64,000 nt of DNA. Origin: Azolla caroliniana (lineage: Eukaryota > Plantae > Polypodiophyta). The notes below the pieces were generated by a model that was given only the letters and a program-made list of their open reading frames with translations, was not told where the DNA came from and made no database searches. Positions 47,101 through 60,801 of this stretch are shown here, piece after piece (within the stretch, counting starts at the first letter, position 1; each line of letters starts with the position of its first letter). The stretch covers positions 9,486,001 to 9,550,000 of the forward strand of contig JBHGNT010000010.1 in NCBI GenBank assembly GCA_043228905.1, given 5' to 3'. A program made the translations under genes and the position numbers.

Positions 47101-49923
47101 CCGTCATACCGATCCGTTTCGCCCGATCCGTCTCGCTTACCGGCTCCGGCTTATTCAGCCAATCTGGCTCCGGTTGAGCTTGCCGCTCAACACACTTGTA
47201 CCCCTTTTGCTCATGTGAGTAGCAAACTAAAATACACTTCTTTGACTTTGGGTCCAACTTCCTTTGCTTCTCATCGAGCACATGCACATAGGCAATACTC
47301 CCGAATACCCTCAAGTGTCGTAAGTTTGGCTTCCTCGAAATAAAACTCATGTGCCAACACCTTTTCCCCGATCCGGTTTTGGATGTAGATCGTTGTCCAT
47401 ACTTCTTCAGCCCAATAAAACTTGGGCATGCTCTTCTCCTCCAGCATTACCCTTGCCACTTCCACAATCGACCAATTCTTCCTCTCAGCTATGCCGTTTT
47501 TCTCTGGCGTATATCTACAGCTTAATTCTCTCCGAATTCCCATCTGCTACAAATAACAGTTGAATTGGCTGAAAAAGTATTCTTTCCACCATTCAACTGT
47601 TGGCACTTTATCTTCCTCTCCGTTTCCCTTTCTACAAGGCTTTTCAGGTTCCAAAAATAGTCGAAGACTTCACTCTTCTTTTCGATGAGGTAGATCCACG
47701 TGTGCCAACTGTAGTCCTCAATGAAGGAGATGAAATATCGACTCCCGCCAAGTCTCACATTCTATGCCGATCTCCATATATTTGAATGTATTAAGTCATG
47801 CTTGTTTCGGCTCTGATTTCGCTTGTTGGGGAATGGAAGTCGTTGTTGCTTCCCAAGCTAGCTGGCTTCACAAATTTGGGCCTTCCGACCACTAAATTTT
47901 GGCAATCCGAATACCACTTGTTTCGATTGCCCTTGAAGTCTTCCGTAGTTGATGTGGTCGATCCGCTTGTGACATAAATCGATATCCGACTTGACTTTCT
48001 ATCCTTTCGCAAACAGTGCAGTGCCAACGTCATTGATGTTGATGATGAACATCCTCCCTTCTTGGCGCCCTTGCGCAATAATCTAGCCCTCTTCCTCAAT
48101 GAAGCACTCAAGATGTGTGAATCGAACTTGCATTCCCTGGTCGACAATCTAGCCGACCGACACCGGGTTCTTTGTTATTGTCGGGACATGCAAAACGTTC
48201 ATTAATCTCCCCTTTTATCCGACATGACTTAAGGGGACTTCACCGACATGTTTGATAGGGTGTGGAGTGTCGTCTCCGGTTTCGACCATTCCCAGTTGCT
48301 CCAGTTTCTCTAGATATGAGAACCATTATTCATGGCTCGTCATATAATTTGATGCTCCACTGTCGACGTACCACACCTCATTTGATTGTGAAGTGGTCTT
48401 CTTCTTCGAGTTTGCCTTGTGTTTCATCACGAAGGTTGGCCCCTTCCAAATCCTTCCGATCCTTCAGTGTGGCACGATCTTTGCCGATTCTCATGTTCGA
48501 CTTTGCCGGATCCGGATTTGTCTAAATAGGCGCGCTTCTTCTAGCACTCGCTCTCCTTGTGGCCTTTCTTGCCACAGTACGAACATTCTGTGTCAGCCTT
48601 TGATTGCCGGTTCCCGGAGCCACCTTGACTCCCACTGCTCATGGAGGGTCTAAAACTAGTGTCGTCATTTCGGTTATGCCTTTGTGTTTGCTCTTGTCGA
48701 CCGCCACCATTGCATGCCGATCCACCTCGTCCTCCACACCCATGGGGCCGATCCACCTCTATGTACAACATTCGACTGTTCGATTGAGTGGTCCTTGACC
48801 CACTTGCATGGTTCTCTTCGATCATGAGCATTGATTGCAGATCGAAGAAGGACGGTGGCTTCTCCCGTGTGCATATTGCCGTCCGGTTGGCCCGTACCTC
48901 TATGTTAGACCACCACGGAAGATATACACCATTTCATCTTCGTCCAACGTCACATTGATGGACCCCAACACATCGTAGATCTCCTTTATTTTGGTGGTGC
49001 AATCTGTGACTGACATATCCCTTTGCCGGATATTGTTGAGCTCTTGCCGGAGTTGCAACTTATGGGCAATGGTACTTGCGGCGAAAGTCTTCCTCAACTT
49101 TTCCCATGCCTCCTTTGGCATATTCGCATCTCTGATATAGCCGAGCATCTAATTGTGCACACAGGACGCGAGGTAGCAACAACACTCTGCTCGCTGCTTG
49201 TTCCCATATGGGAAAGTCATGCCCCAGTAGGTACTGGTGCATCTTGTACGACCAAGATGTGTAATTGCTCTGATCAAGCTTTTTTGTAGGAAGCGAGCTT
49301 GTCATGCTTTTGTCCATGTCTTTCTTCTTTCTTTTTGTTATTTATTGGAAGCTAGGTTTTGGTCTGTCTAAGCTCTTTGTGTCAGTAGTAGAGGATTCTC
49401 AACCCTTGCGCTCTGATACCCTGAGAAGAATAGCGTGTGGAAGCTAAATGACATAACCGGTTACAGTTGGATAGCAACAACATCTAAATGAATGTTTAAT
49501 GGAAAGCTCAGGAAATACACACATAGCGAGTACCGGGGGGGGGGGGGGAGAGAGAGAGAGAGTAGAGAGCAGAACATAACGTCTATTTTAAAAATAACAC
49601 TCAATACTATGTATATACTAATGTGCTCAAAGAGCACTTTTATACATGTCCTTAAAATGACAGACAGAAATACTGACAAGTACTTCAATGCTCGTACTGA
49701 GCAATAGACACTAACTCCCAAAAGTATGCCTATGTACTAGGTTAGGATTGTAGGCCTCTAACAACTTAACGGTATCACACTAATCCAACTGTTCGTTCCG
49801 GACACCAATCCGGTTCCCATCCAATCCAACTCTCAGTTGCAGACACCGATCTGGCTCTTCGATCTGATCCGACTCTCAAATTATTTAGCCGATCCGGCCC
49901 ATGTTGAGCTTGTCCACTCAACA
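41110..49923 (-). mobile_element. Older degenerate copia (5' LTR to integrase C-terminus), split by the copia at 41288-47192
   Basis: LTR 49422-49923. PBS-like 49410-49421. Gag 48541-49317, protease and integrase 47193-48400. Reading KGYKC|YN continues on the far side of the insertion at 41287 and below. Confidence 0.88.
41288..47192 (-). mobile_element. Full-length Ty1/copia with a few disabling mutations
   Basis: LTRs at 41288-41669 and 46801-47192 (similar, several SNPs/indels). TSD CACTT (41283-41287, 47193-47197). PBS at 46789-46800. PPT at 41670-41681. All pol domains present but split by stops. Confidence 0.96.
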
Positions 49924-51244
49924 TTCCTCTTCCTCTATCCTCAACCTTATTGGAAGCACTACATCAATGCCACATACCTTTTGCAAAAGTGCCTCCATCT
50001 TTGATTTCTTCCGAAACCATCGTTGCTCTCGTTGGCATGACTCAAGCACTGTACATGACCAAGATTTGATCCCCACCGAATCTCGGCCATACTTGAAGAG
50101 CAAGAGTGGGTGAAGTAAATTTGATGTGACATATGCATTAGAATAAATCAATATATATAACTATTGTAGGATTACAATGATGTACATCAACTCACATTTT
50201 GAAGGAGCATCTTTAAATGATGATTTTCCGGTATGGGATCCATGCTATTTTCAGCCTTGATCTTTACAAATGTGTTGCTTCTATAACCCCTTCATACAAA
50301 AACCTTGCAACTAAAACCAAGGTTATCACACATGCATCACTATGGTACCCTAGTATAAATTGTTCAAAAATGAATTGTGACATACCTCCCTTCATTGTGA
50401 TATGCATCACCCCACTCAACATCAAACATTTCGAACTCTTTGGACCAAGCATCCATCTATACAAGCAATCTACCTAAAAATAACTATGATCTTCCAACCA
50501 GAATAATCTAAACCCTAATACTAGATTTAGAAACATACAAGTTTTCAAAAATCATGCAAACAAACATTGATAAATGCCTCTTGCAACTTTTCAAAAATCA
50601 TCCAATAAGATAATAAAACCATTTTCATAAACATTTGTACGTAAACCCTAGTACCATTTTCAACAAGAATGTAAACCGTAGTACCATTTTCAACCATCCA
50701 TTTGCACAAAAACTAAAAACTTTCAAAAAACTGGAAACCAATAAAGTACATACCTAGCAAGAAAGCAAGTGGAATGTAGGTGCAGGTGCACGTCAATAGT
50801 TGAAAACAGAATCCCTCCTAAAACCTTTGGTCATATGTTATCAAAACAGTGAAAAATGACAAGCATCAGAGATTTATTACACAAAAATTATAAGTTGGGT
50901 GACCACAATTAGTAGGGCTCCCATTATGAGTCGAGCGACTGCTTGTCTGTCAATAGGGCGACTGCATAATGTGAAGTGGGGCAACTCATTTTGAGTCGAG
51001 CGACTGCTTGTCTGTCAATAGGGCGACTGCATAATGTGAAGTGGGGCAACTCATTTTGAGTCGAGTGACTGCTTGTGAGCATGGCAATTGATGATTGTGA
51101 AGTCGTCCGACTGAAGGGTGTGAAGTCGGGCGACTGATATTTGAATGGTCGGGCGCCTAGTGACAGAGGCTGTCAGCTTTTTGATTGACACACTTTTTTT
51201 ATTGATACAGATCGGACGGTGCAGATCGCACACGCCCTTTACCC
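49924..51244. mobile_element. Possible DNA-transposon terminal remnant
   Basis: Degenerate coding-like minus-strand stretch 49924-50470. AAACCCTA motifs and repeated GGGCGACTG/GAGCGACTG motifs. Ends with ...GCACACGCCCTTTACCC (TIR-like); no partner end seen in the window. Confidence 0.35.
50927..51077. repeat. 65-bp tandem repeat, ~2.3 copies
   Basis: TGAGTCGAG[C/T]GACTGCTTG begins at 50927, 50992 and 51057. Confidence 0.93.
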
Positions 51245-51339
51245 GTCTGTGGCCACGATTCCCTGGCCAAGCCTCTTTATGATTTGGGCACAAATAGAGG
51301 AGTGTCATCCCATCCCATCCCAAAACACAAACAAAAGGA

Positions 51340-51490
51340 AAGAGAGAGAAAGAGAGGGGTCAGAAAGAAGAAGAAGAAGAAGAAGAAGAAGAAGCAGGAG
51401 ACCTCTTTGCCCAAAGGGGGAGGAGTGATGATGTACCATATCCCTTTCCTCTTCTCTCCTCTCCTCTGTTGACCTAAGAAAGAGGGAAAC

Positions 51491-51521
<31 letters not shown>

Positions 51522-51582
51522 AAGAGAGTGAGTGAGAGAGGAGAAGGGCCTCTGATCTGTGTATCCTCAGAGAGACAGACAC

Positions 51583-51613
<31 letters not shown>

Positions 51614-51627
51614 GATAGAGAGAGAGA
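51340..51627 (+). promoter_or_regulatory. (GAA)n and (GA)n microsatellite-rich promoter/5' UTR of the KH gene
   Basis: Long GA and GAA tracts directly upstream of ATG 51628. GAGA tracts are known BBR/BPC-type binding sites; function here is inferred. Confidence 0.55.
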
Positions 51628-54600
51628 ATGAGGCAGTCCCCGAAGCCCATGAATTCTCTTCCACCTTACCTGCAGACCTTCTCTCCCAGCAGCAATAACG
51701 CTTCCTCCCCTCATCATCATCATCATCACCACCACAACAATCATCATCATCACCATCGCTCCTCTTCCTCCTCCTCGTCTGACCTCGACAAGTACGTGCG
51801 TGGCTGCTGGAGGAGCACCATTGATTGAGAGTACATATGTGTGCGTGTGTGTATATATGTCTAGCCCCGTTTCCTTTTGTTTGTGATATTGTCTCCTCCT
51901 TTCTCTGCTCAGATACCTATCAGAGCTTCTGTCGGAGCGCCAGAAACTGGGCCCTTTCATGCAAGTGCTGCCCAACTGCAGCAGGCTTCTAAACCAAGGT
52001 GTGTGTACATCCACCTTTCCCTGGATCGACATCTCTTTGCTCTTAAATCTTCCATCGAGAATCAGTCTACAGTTGCTTGTACCGAACTGATCTAGCGTTA
52101 TGGGTTCTGGTTCTCATATGTGTACAATTAGAAGCCCCATGTCCTATGAAACTCTCTGAATTGATTCCGAGATGATGAAATACAGATGTGGGCAAGATAA
52201 ACCTCTCTATAAAAGTTGTGCTTTTTTATTAACGATGAAGAAGCTTTTTTAAAACGAAAACATTGTACAATATGAGGAAAATATATCTGACAGCAGCTGG
52301 AAAATCCTTACTATAATTGCTTTAGTAGATGTTTTCTTAAGCAGGGGATATACTTCATTGGAAATTGAGGGATTATAACTTGAAATATGTTGAGAATACA
52401 GCACAACGTTACGAAGAAGCACATCCTCTTCCCATCCTGTGTCTCATCCTCCTAATGTCTGTAGCATTTATGTTTATTATGCACAAAATGCACATTTTGT
52501 GCATTTTGATATGGTGACCTTCCGAGGATCAATATGGTTTGAGCTAAAACAAAGCACATTGGGGATGAATTCTTTCATGGTGACCTTGATATGATAATAT
52601 CATGGTTGGAGTGAATAGAAAGCTTAATATTGATGAGAAAGTTATTATATTGAAGAGTTCTAGTATTCCTCAAGACCTTGAGGTGTCCGACATTATACTT
52701 ACTTTCACTTGTTTGCAATAATCATTATGAACATATATGCTCTCAACAAAATTCTCAGTTTCTTTAATAGTGAATAAGTTACCATCAGCCTTGTGTATGA
52801 GCTTACAGCGTAGATTGCTGGAATTTATGAAATGCAAACCATGGATAAAGAGGGCTTAAATGTACTCATATTAATGATAAAGACCTTACATAATCAGGGA
52901 TATACATATGTTTTATCAATGTGAGATGGAAAAGAGGAAGATACTGATTTCAATGTGGACTGAGCATGAAGGGTCAGTTTCTTAGAGAGGTTTTTGAATT
53001 ATAGTTGAATCTTCCAATACAACCTGAATGATGAATGTGATAATTATAAGGCCTAAAATGACACACTTCTTATTATATTGCCAACAATAAGAGACCCTAG
53101 AATGGGTCAAAAAGGTCATGGCTAAACATTTCCTTTTTTCCATATATATTTGGAGAAGAACTAGGATTCCCCTTTTTTAGATGACATAGTTGCCTCCTTT
53201 CTTTCTAGTACATCGCAGGGGTTAAACACATCATCTCTTCTTTAGCAATCCGTCCTGCCTAGTCATTATTCTCTTTCCTGCCCATGTCCTTGAGTCTATC
53301 TTGATTTATCCAGTGTGGAGATGGTGGACCAAGTATGTTGGCTGATAGATCATGGTCAAGGGACCCTCACGACTCATGAATCGAAGGTTAATGCTGGTGG
53401 GCTGCACTTTGATAAAAATTAAGAGCCTTCTGCTCATTTTTTGAAACCATATACATGCACCTGCTTTGTTTTGACTAAATGTAGTCCACTCACTTTTTGA
53501 AACTGTGTCATGTTTATCTAGTTTCTTGAGGTTTCTACTTCTTGATATTGTTCTTTGCTGATAGATGACAATCCATGCTGACTTTGTAATGGTTTAACAT
53601 CTTTAAACTTTAGAGAATGACATTTTAACATTTTCAATATTAAATCGGTTACAATTATTTATGTCCAATCTAGCACATTCCCTTTTGTTTTAAGGTGGTG
53701 TGATAAACTAGTCAATCGTATTATTTTGAGGGAGGGTCCAGATTTGACAATACCTCTTTTTTTGTACTTTCGTATCTGGGTCCTATATACATTTGTTGGA
53801 AAACTGTGGCTTTGGTTGGATCTGATTGAAACACAAGCAAAGAGGAAACAAACAATTTGTCCTGATCCAAGCATGATAAAAAGGATATGGAGTTCTTTAT
53901 TGCCATAAGGAGATTTCCATTGACTTCCTCTGTAGCCAAACTCCACTCTTTTGAAAAATCATTTGAACTTTTGTCCCAGTGAACCAGTTATATTCTTCCA
54001 TGGACCACGTTCCGGTAATAGTATGATGTGATGCGATTCTTTTGAAAATCCAAAAGGGGACAGGTGGAATTGGGATGAAGCTCCATAGATATCTATGATT
54101 GGAAAAGTCATCTGAACTTTCGTAGGTTCTTTTTGCAGCCTTGATGGTCTGATGAACCACTTATTCTTCTTCCATGGACCACATCCCCTTGGCAATGGTA
54201 TAATGTTATGTAGCTCTTTTGAAAATTTGAAGGGACATTAGTAGAAATGACATGAAGCGTTATAGATGTCTGAGGAGGCTATAGTTCTATTTGCATGGTG
54301 CATGGTTATATAGGATTGCTTTTCATCCCCTGGAAATAAAGAGATACTAATGGTTATAGGCTGTAATATCTATTGTTATTTTTGCTGGCTGTATCTATTT
54401 GGATCCATTAGCATGCATAATATACCATCCAGATTTTAATGTTCTTTAACGTTTTACTTCTGTATTTTCTAGTTAGTTGGCATGTTCTGTATCCTTTATC
54501 CCAATTGGCTAATTTTTCGTTATACAAGGAGCCTCTTTTCATTCACTTGTGTTATCCTTGACACCTCAAAGCTCAGGAGCTATGCCTCTATGTTCAACTC

Positions 54601-56930
54601 AACAAATGGGCTGAAAAACATGGTAAAACAGCTGTGCAACAAGCGTGTTTTCTGTCCTAAACATAGCACTATTGATCATCTCGATCGTCTAAGAATAGCA
54701 ATAGAGAAGAGTTGGCTTACCGAATAACCTAAATGTGTAAGTCAGTTGATAGCAGTGGGATGGAATATTCCTTTTCTGTTAACTGATTTGATTTAATATG
54801 ACCTAACTCCCTAGATATAAGCTAGTTCTAGATTGTACTTGTTTTAAAGTCAATATCAAATACTTCAAGACTAAGTACATCTTAACATGCCAATAGAGAA
54901 TATTCTTCTGGTCGACCCAACTAGTCGACTGGACTCAATTAGTCTTCTACAGGCCATGTTGATTATTCCCTGTGTATTCCTATATTTGATCAACTAGTTG
55001 TACTGATTAGTCTATCCCATTGCCTTACTTCCCTCTTTCCTAAATACATTCTGGCCGTCTCATCAATGGTTTCCACATTGAAACCTCATCGATCCATATG
55101 GTGGAGTTGCACAATAGCTACTCCTCATTTTGGTTGTTATCACAATATGTGAACTCTAAGAATACATATGGGGATAAACGGATGGTGTTCATGGAATCTG
55201 GGGAATATGAAGACCTATGGTGCTTGGGACAATTCTTGCAAGATTTCAAGATACATAGAGATAAGTTCTTGAAGGACAACGATACAACCACACCAGCTCA
55301 TCAACAAAGGACAATCATGACTTTTTTAGCCACATTACTTACCACCCCACAAGTCAATCAAGGAATACATAAGTGGGGTCCTGACCAAGGCACTTTAAAG
55401 GGGCCACAATAGATTAGCCTATAGCAATGTGTCATGCACACGAACATTTGGATCACAGCCTTGTCACCATTGTCAACAAATAAAGGACATTATCACCTGG
55501 CACTGAAGGTGTTGCTCTTGCTTTGAATGTCTCTCCATCTTGGACCATGGATATTTTTTCGAAGAGAAAAGTTTTAGTATATCTAAGTTTAGAATCCTTA
55601 GATCTTTGGCAATCTAGATTCTTTAGTATCCTATGTTTAGTTATATAAATTTTGGTTTGATCTCAATTATAGAGGATTTTGGGCCCCTTAAAAGACGTAA
55701 AATAGCTTTCTTTCTTTCTATCTCTCTCTCAAGTTTGCTTGTTTAAATCCATTGTTGTTATTCTTACTGGTGGATAGATGGAAAAATACAAGTTTTGAAG
55801 ATTTCCTATTATATCAAAATACTCTTTGATTTTTATTGCTCACCATTGGTTGAGGTGCAGAGATCATGAGGCTAACTAGCTTGGTGGGAACTTCTTCGTT
55901 TGGGGATCATGATATTTTAGATCCTAGTTTACTTTCATCTGGAGGCATGACTCCAAATGGGACAGGGTTTGATTGTAATGGATGGTCTTCCTTCCAATCA
56001 GATGTAATATTTTGAATCTTAAGATTACTAGTAATTGCTTCAGCCTTTAAGCCAATTACTTGAAAAATCTGGGTTGACTATCTTTGATTTCTCTTAAATT
56101 TTAACAGAGACTGGTCCAACAGGCATCGGCCATGGCACTGCGTGGATTTCCTGGAGGCTCTCCTGGTCCAATGATCAAACGAATCATACGGATTGAAGTG
56201 CCAATAGAAAAATACCCGAATGTAATTCTGTAACTATATCAGGATTTACATCAGAGATTCATATTCATATTTTATATATTATTCTCTACATTCAAGCATT
56301 TTGCTGATACTCTTTTAATATGGCTTTCAGTTCAATTTTGTTGGCCGCTTGTTAGGACCACGAGGCAATTCATTGAAGCGTGTTGAAAGCACTACTGGGT
56401 GCCGGGTGTTCATTAGAGGAAGAGGTTCAGTGAGAGATACAGATAAGGTAGTTTTCATTGCCATGTAATGTATGTCTTAGGTTCACCATGATATGCTCCA
56501 GACAAATGTTGTAAGACTTTGCATTATGTATGCTTGCTAGGAGGAACAACTTCGAGATAAACCTGGTTATGAGCATCTTAACGAGCAGCTGCATGTACTT
56601 ATTGAAGCTGAGCAGCCTGCCAACGTGATTGACCTTCAGTTGAACAAGGCTAGAGAAATAATTGAAGATCTTCTTAAGCCAGTGGTATGTTTCTCATATG
56701 CTATTTAAAAAATGGCTACACATGAAAATTAATATGTAAAGATTCAAAATGCATGTACACCTTAATTCTTACAGGATGAGACACATGACTACTTTAAAAA
56801 GCAGCAACTTCGTGAGCTTGCCATGTTAAATGGAACCCTGAGGGAAGAGTCACCATCCAATTGGAGTGGAAGTGTGTCTCCCTCTCCCTTCAGCAACTCT
56901 GGAATGAAGCGCGCAAAGACACGGGGATAG
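51628..56930 (+). CDS. STAR-family (QUA1-KH-QUA2) RNA-binding protein, SPIN1/At5g56140-like; 7 exons, 307 aa
   Basis: Exons 51628-51791, 51913-51998, 55861-56003, 56108-56221, 56331-56447, 56541-56684 and 56775-56930. All introns are GT-AG and frame-consistent (924 nt). QUA1 [31 protein letters not shown]; [24 protein letters not shown]; QUA2 [15 protein letters not shown]; C-terminus GMKRAKT. Confidence 0.96.
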
Positions 56931-59102
56931 TCCAAGAAAATGTGTGATTGTACTGGTTTTATCAAAGTAGTCCTGTGCTTCCAATCAAGTACAAGAGAAA
57001 TGGGACGATGGACACAGGGCAACAACCAAGTATTCCATATTATATCTCTACCTGCCTGAATCCAGTCTCTGTGACGAATCATCTTTTATGGCTGCAGGGA
57101 TCGGTGAGCTTGCGAGATTAATTTATCCTGAATAACCAGTATGATCAGTTTGTTGCTTTATGGGGATGTAATATAGTGGAGGGAGACAATTTCAGCTCTA
57201 CGGCTGTGGTATGAAAGCCGGAATTGCTAAACATTGAACATTGACAATAGGATAATACAAAATATTTTGACATTTAATTTCAACTTTTTAACTGAAGATG
57301 AGGGGATGGAGTGTGTATACAAGAGACAAATGCAGGTCAAGTGGCGCGATTTTGTGCACATTTCCAACTGTCTACTCTAGCACTGGCATTTTGGGATTGA
57401 TTAATGGTTATGGTTTTGGCAGCAAGTCGTGGATTGATATTCCAGCTCAAAAATAGCTTCATTGGACTTCTGAATGAAGCGACAAGTGTGTATGATTCTC
57501 TCCATAAATAATGACAATTTATTTTTCCCATTTCTAGTTGGCTTGACAACATCCCTTCAAACTTACAGAATTTAACAACTTTCCTTGTAAGTATTTTTAA
57601 TCTGAAGCAAAGCATTATATTGGAGATGAAATGAACTTGTTATACTGTGGTTATCTTAATTTGGCAACCAGAAGAATTAGAAAATGGGAGAATGAAAAAT
57701 TCCTATCCCCCTGCCACCCAACCCTCCAAATAAAATGTTGCCTTAGAAGTTCGTGGTTTTCAGGTAGGTAGATGCATTGTCTCTAAAAATGGGTTGAAAA
57801 GGTGGCATGATCAATAATGTGAAGGTGTTAATGGTGATATTATTAAGGGAGAAGGTCAAGTGGTGGAACGGATGCAGATATGTTCAGCGGTGGTCTATTT
57901 AAACCTCTCACTGAGATGAGATGAGGAAAGCTGCATTTGAAAAATACTACATAAATGATTTCTTTACTACCATAGCAGGTAAAGCTTGTGTAAGAAACCT
58001 CGAGGTCATAGGGGCGAGTCTTTGGCAAAGCTTGTTAATCAGTTTTTACAATGACTCTAGAAAATTCTCATCTCATTGACCTTTCTACAAACCTCCAAAA
58101 CCCTTTTCTGCCTTTGAACTTATCATCCTAAGGTTTTGTCAAATTTCTTACCTCAGTTTTTCTAGGAAAATCCAACCTCTTGAAGTCCAGTACAAATTGA
58201 AAGCTTCAGCTACTATCACTGTAGTTATGCATCTGAGGTGAGTTGCTAAAGCTCGCGTTCTTGTTCTTGTGGTCTTTGGCCCCGGTTCCATCTTTGAGTG
58301 TTGATCTTGGATGCAATCATGCATCAATATCAAACCTGTTATTCAGCTTTTTTATCGAGTTCTCACTATTAAGTTATTCTTCCTTATTTGGTTCATAATA
58401 TTTCAGCAAGAATAAGCTCATTCTTATGTCCCCCTGACAAAACGGAAAAAGCCCTAGAAGTTACTTCCTTGGACTAATGAAAGATAGAAAAGACTATTGA
58501 ACGGAAGATTAAATTAACGTCTTGAACGATGCCAACTTGTTCTATGAAACCCAGAATTGTTACAACCATATGGTGAAAATTCAAGAATGCCTACTGTGTT
58601 CGTTACTCAAATTGTGTTACATTTTATAACGTAGAAATGGCTAGACTTCTCTCTCATTAGGTAAATAAATGATAGAGCAAGCTTTGGTAAATGATCATTT
58701 TGTTAAAACCACTCTAATAATATAATATGTTAGTTAGAAGTGCACATGCCTTGTGATAAGTTAATATGTTTAAGCATGAAGAGACATGGTGATCTTAGAT
58801 GGCTTGAACTCTAGAACAAAGTTATGTTTATTGCTATTTATGTTATTTGATTGGTGTTAAAATATTTTCATCTTGAATATATTGCGACTAGCCACACTCC
58901 ATTCAAAGTGATATCATCAATCATGATTTCTTATTTTTCGTCATTGCTATTATAAACAGACATCATTTGACCCCATTAGCTCTTTCACAACTACACATTA
59001 TGGAAGGAGTTAATGCTAGGGATGAGTTGGGTTTCTTGGAGGCATATATATGCAACCAAAATGCTTAGGGGGAGCAATCTTGTTGCGTTCAAAAAATCAT
59101 AT

Positions 59103-60142
59103 TGTTAGAGCTTAATCCTAATGTAAGCAAAAGATAAGGAAAATAGAGAAGAGAGAGAAAGATGGGTACTGATCCACCCGCCCACGCTTGAGCGAAGGGA
59201 TCGAGATGAATTCAAGCCTCAATCAACGTCCCATACTATCGTCGTGGTATCGAGTCATACTTGGTACTAGCATGTTCGCTACAAGAGTTGATCACCATAA
59301 GATCAGAGTCTTGATGTAGTCGATAATGTATCAAATGAGGGTAGCTAGGCCTCATATTTATAGCTAGACCTAAGGCCCCCAGGCAAGTTCACACTTGGCT
59401 TTAATGGGTTATCTCAATCCCTAGGATTAAAAGTAATCCTCCCTTCTTTACACTCTCGGTTAACCCTCACAAGTTATCCTCGTGGGTAGAATACTACAGT
59501 ACAACTTACCACAAAATATTATATGGTCATGTCCGTAATATACTCCCCTCTTAAAAACATTGCACTCTTGCAATGAAAAGTTAGGGAAGTAGTTGTACGA
59601 GTATTTACTCGTTCCCATGTAGCATCTCTTATAGATAATTTTAAATTCTAGGATTATTTTAGAACGCAAAAGTTCCGTTTTAACATCGAGAATTCTCTTT
59701 GGTACATGTGGTTTAGAATCTAAATCTTCAGAAGTAACTAGAGTTTCAGTTGTAACTATATTGTTGCCAAAACCAAGTAGTTCTTTTAGATGACTTACAT
59801 GAAAAACCGGATAGATGTTGACACCATTAGGAAGTGTGAGACGATAGGCTGATGAACCAATGCGTTTGAGGACTGTCAAAGGTCCACAAAACCGTGGGGC
59901 TAACTTAGCACACTTACCCGTAGACAATGTTTTAGAATTGTGAGGTACACGTAGAAATACCTCCTGTCCAGGGTTGAATACACAAGGTTTCTTATTATGG
60001 CCGGCATAAAAACACGCTCTGTCTTGAGTAGTTTTTATATTATCTCATACAATATGAAACAAATATTGCATATCCCTTAGAAAGTTTTGCGTACTTCCTC
60101 ACACAGTTCCTGCTTGCACAGTTCCAACTCTTGTTTAGATGT
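59103..60142 (-). mobile_element. Chromovirus-like gypsy 3' remnant (integrase tail, chromodomain, PPT, LTR)
   Basis: KLAPRFCGPL...AYRLTLP...IYPVFHVSHLK and chromodomain-like PKRILDVKTELLRSK in ORF 59460-59927. PPT AAGAGGGGAGTA at 59541-59552. Probable LTR 59103-59540. Confidence 0.8.
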
Positions 60143-60801
60143 TGTCGTGAAGATTTTCGTCCATAGGGGGAAAACCGAGCGGAGTCAGCAAAACCAGGGT
60201 GTGCAACGTTGCACACGCACATGATGTATTTGTAAAATATTAATAAGAACAAAATTGTAAGAAATGCACCACAAGATTCCTAAAATGTAAATGTGATGTG
60301 CAAAATTGTAAGAAATGCACCACAAGAATCTAAGCAAATATCCCCCATTGAATGAAGGGGATATTTAGTTTCTCTTTTTTGTAACAGCTTCCTCTCCTTA
60401 TGCTATAAAAGGAGAGGAAGGGGCACCATTGAGGGGTTGCCTATTTTGAGTAAGAAGAGGTATACAACTTAGGTCGAGAGTATCTATTCGGTTTAGGGTT
60501 TCTTCATTTCTTTCTTTACTTATCCTATTAGGGTTTACATTCTACTCATGTCTTAAGTCCGGCCCACGCGGCCGCGGTTGTAATATCATTGAGGCTTTCA
60601 TGCCCATAATATACATAACTTCTTGAATCTTGTCTCTTTCTACTTCCTCTACCGTGTTAATCTCTTCCGCTTTGCTCATACCTGTCTTCCCATCTACTCA
60701 GTCCAAGACCCCCGTGGTTCCGCCTTATTCTACACGCACGCGCGTAGTAACGCGATATCTTTGGTGAACCCGACGTGAATAGGCGGCAAGGGAGAAAGAG
60801 G

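Noticed and set aside
51277-52032. 251-aa antisense ORF over the KH gene 5' end
   Set aside because: A by-product of microsatellites and the His/Ser codon runs.
57330-58330. Short ORFs downstream of the KH gene (possible LINE or gene relic)
   Set aside because: No recognisable motif and no consistent frame or splice structure.
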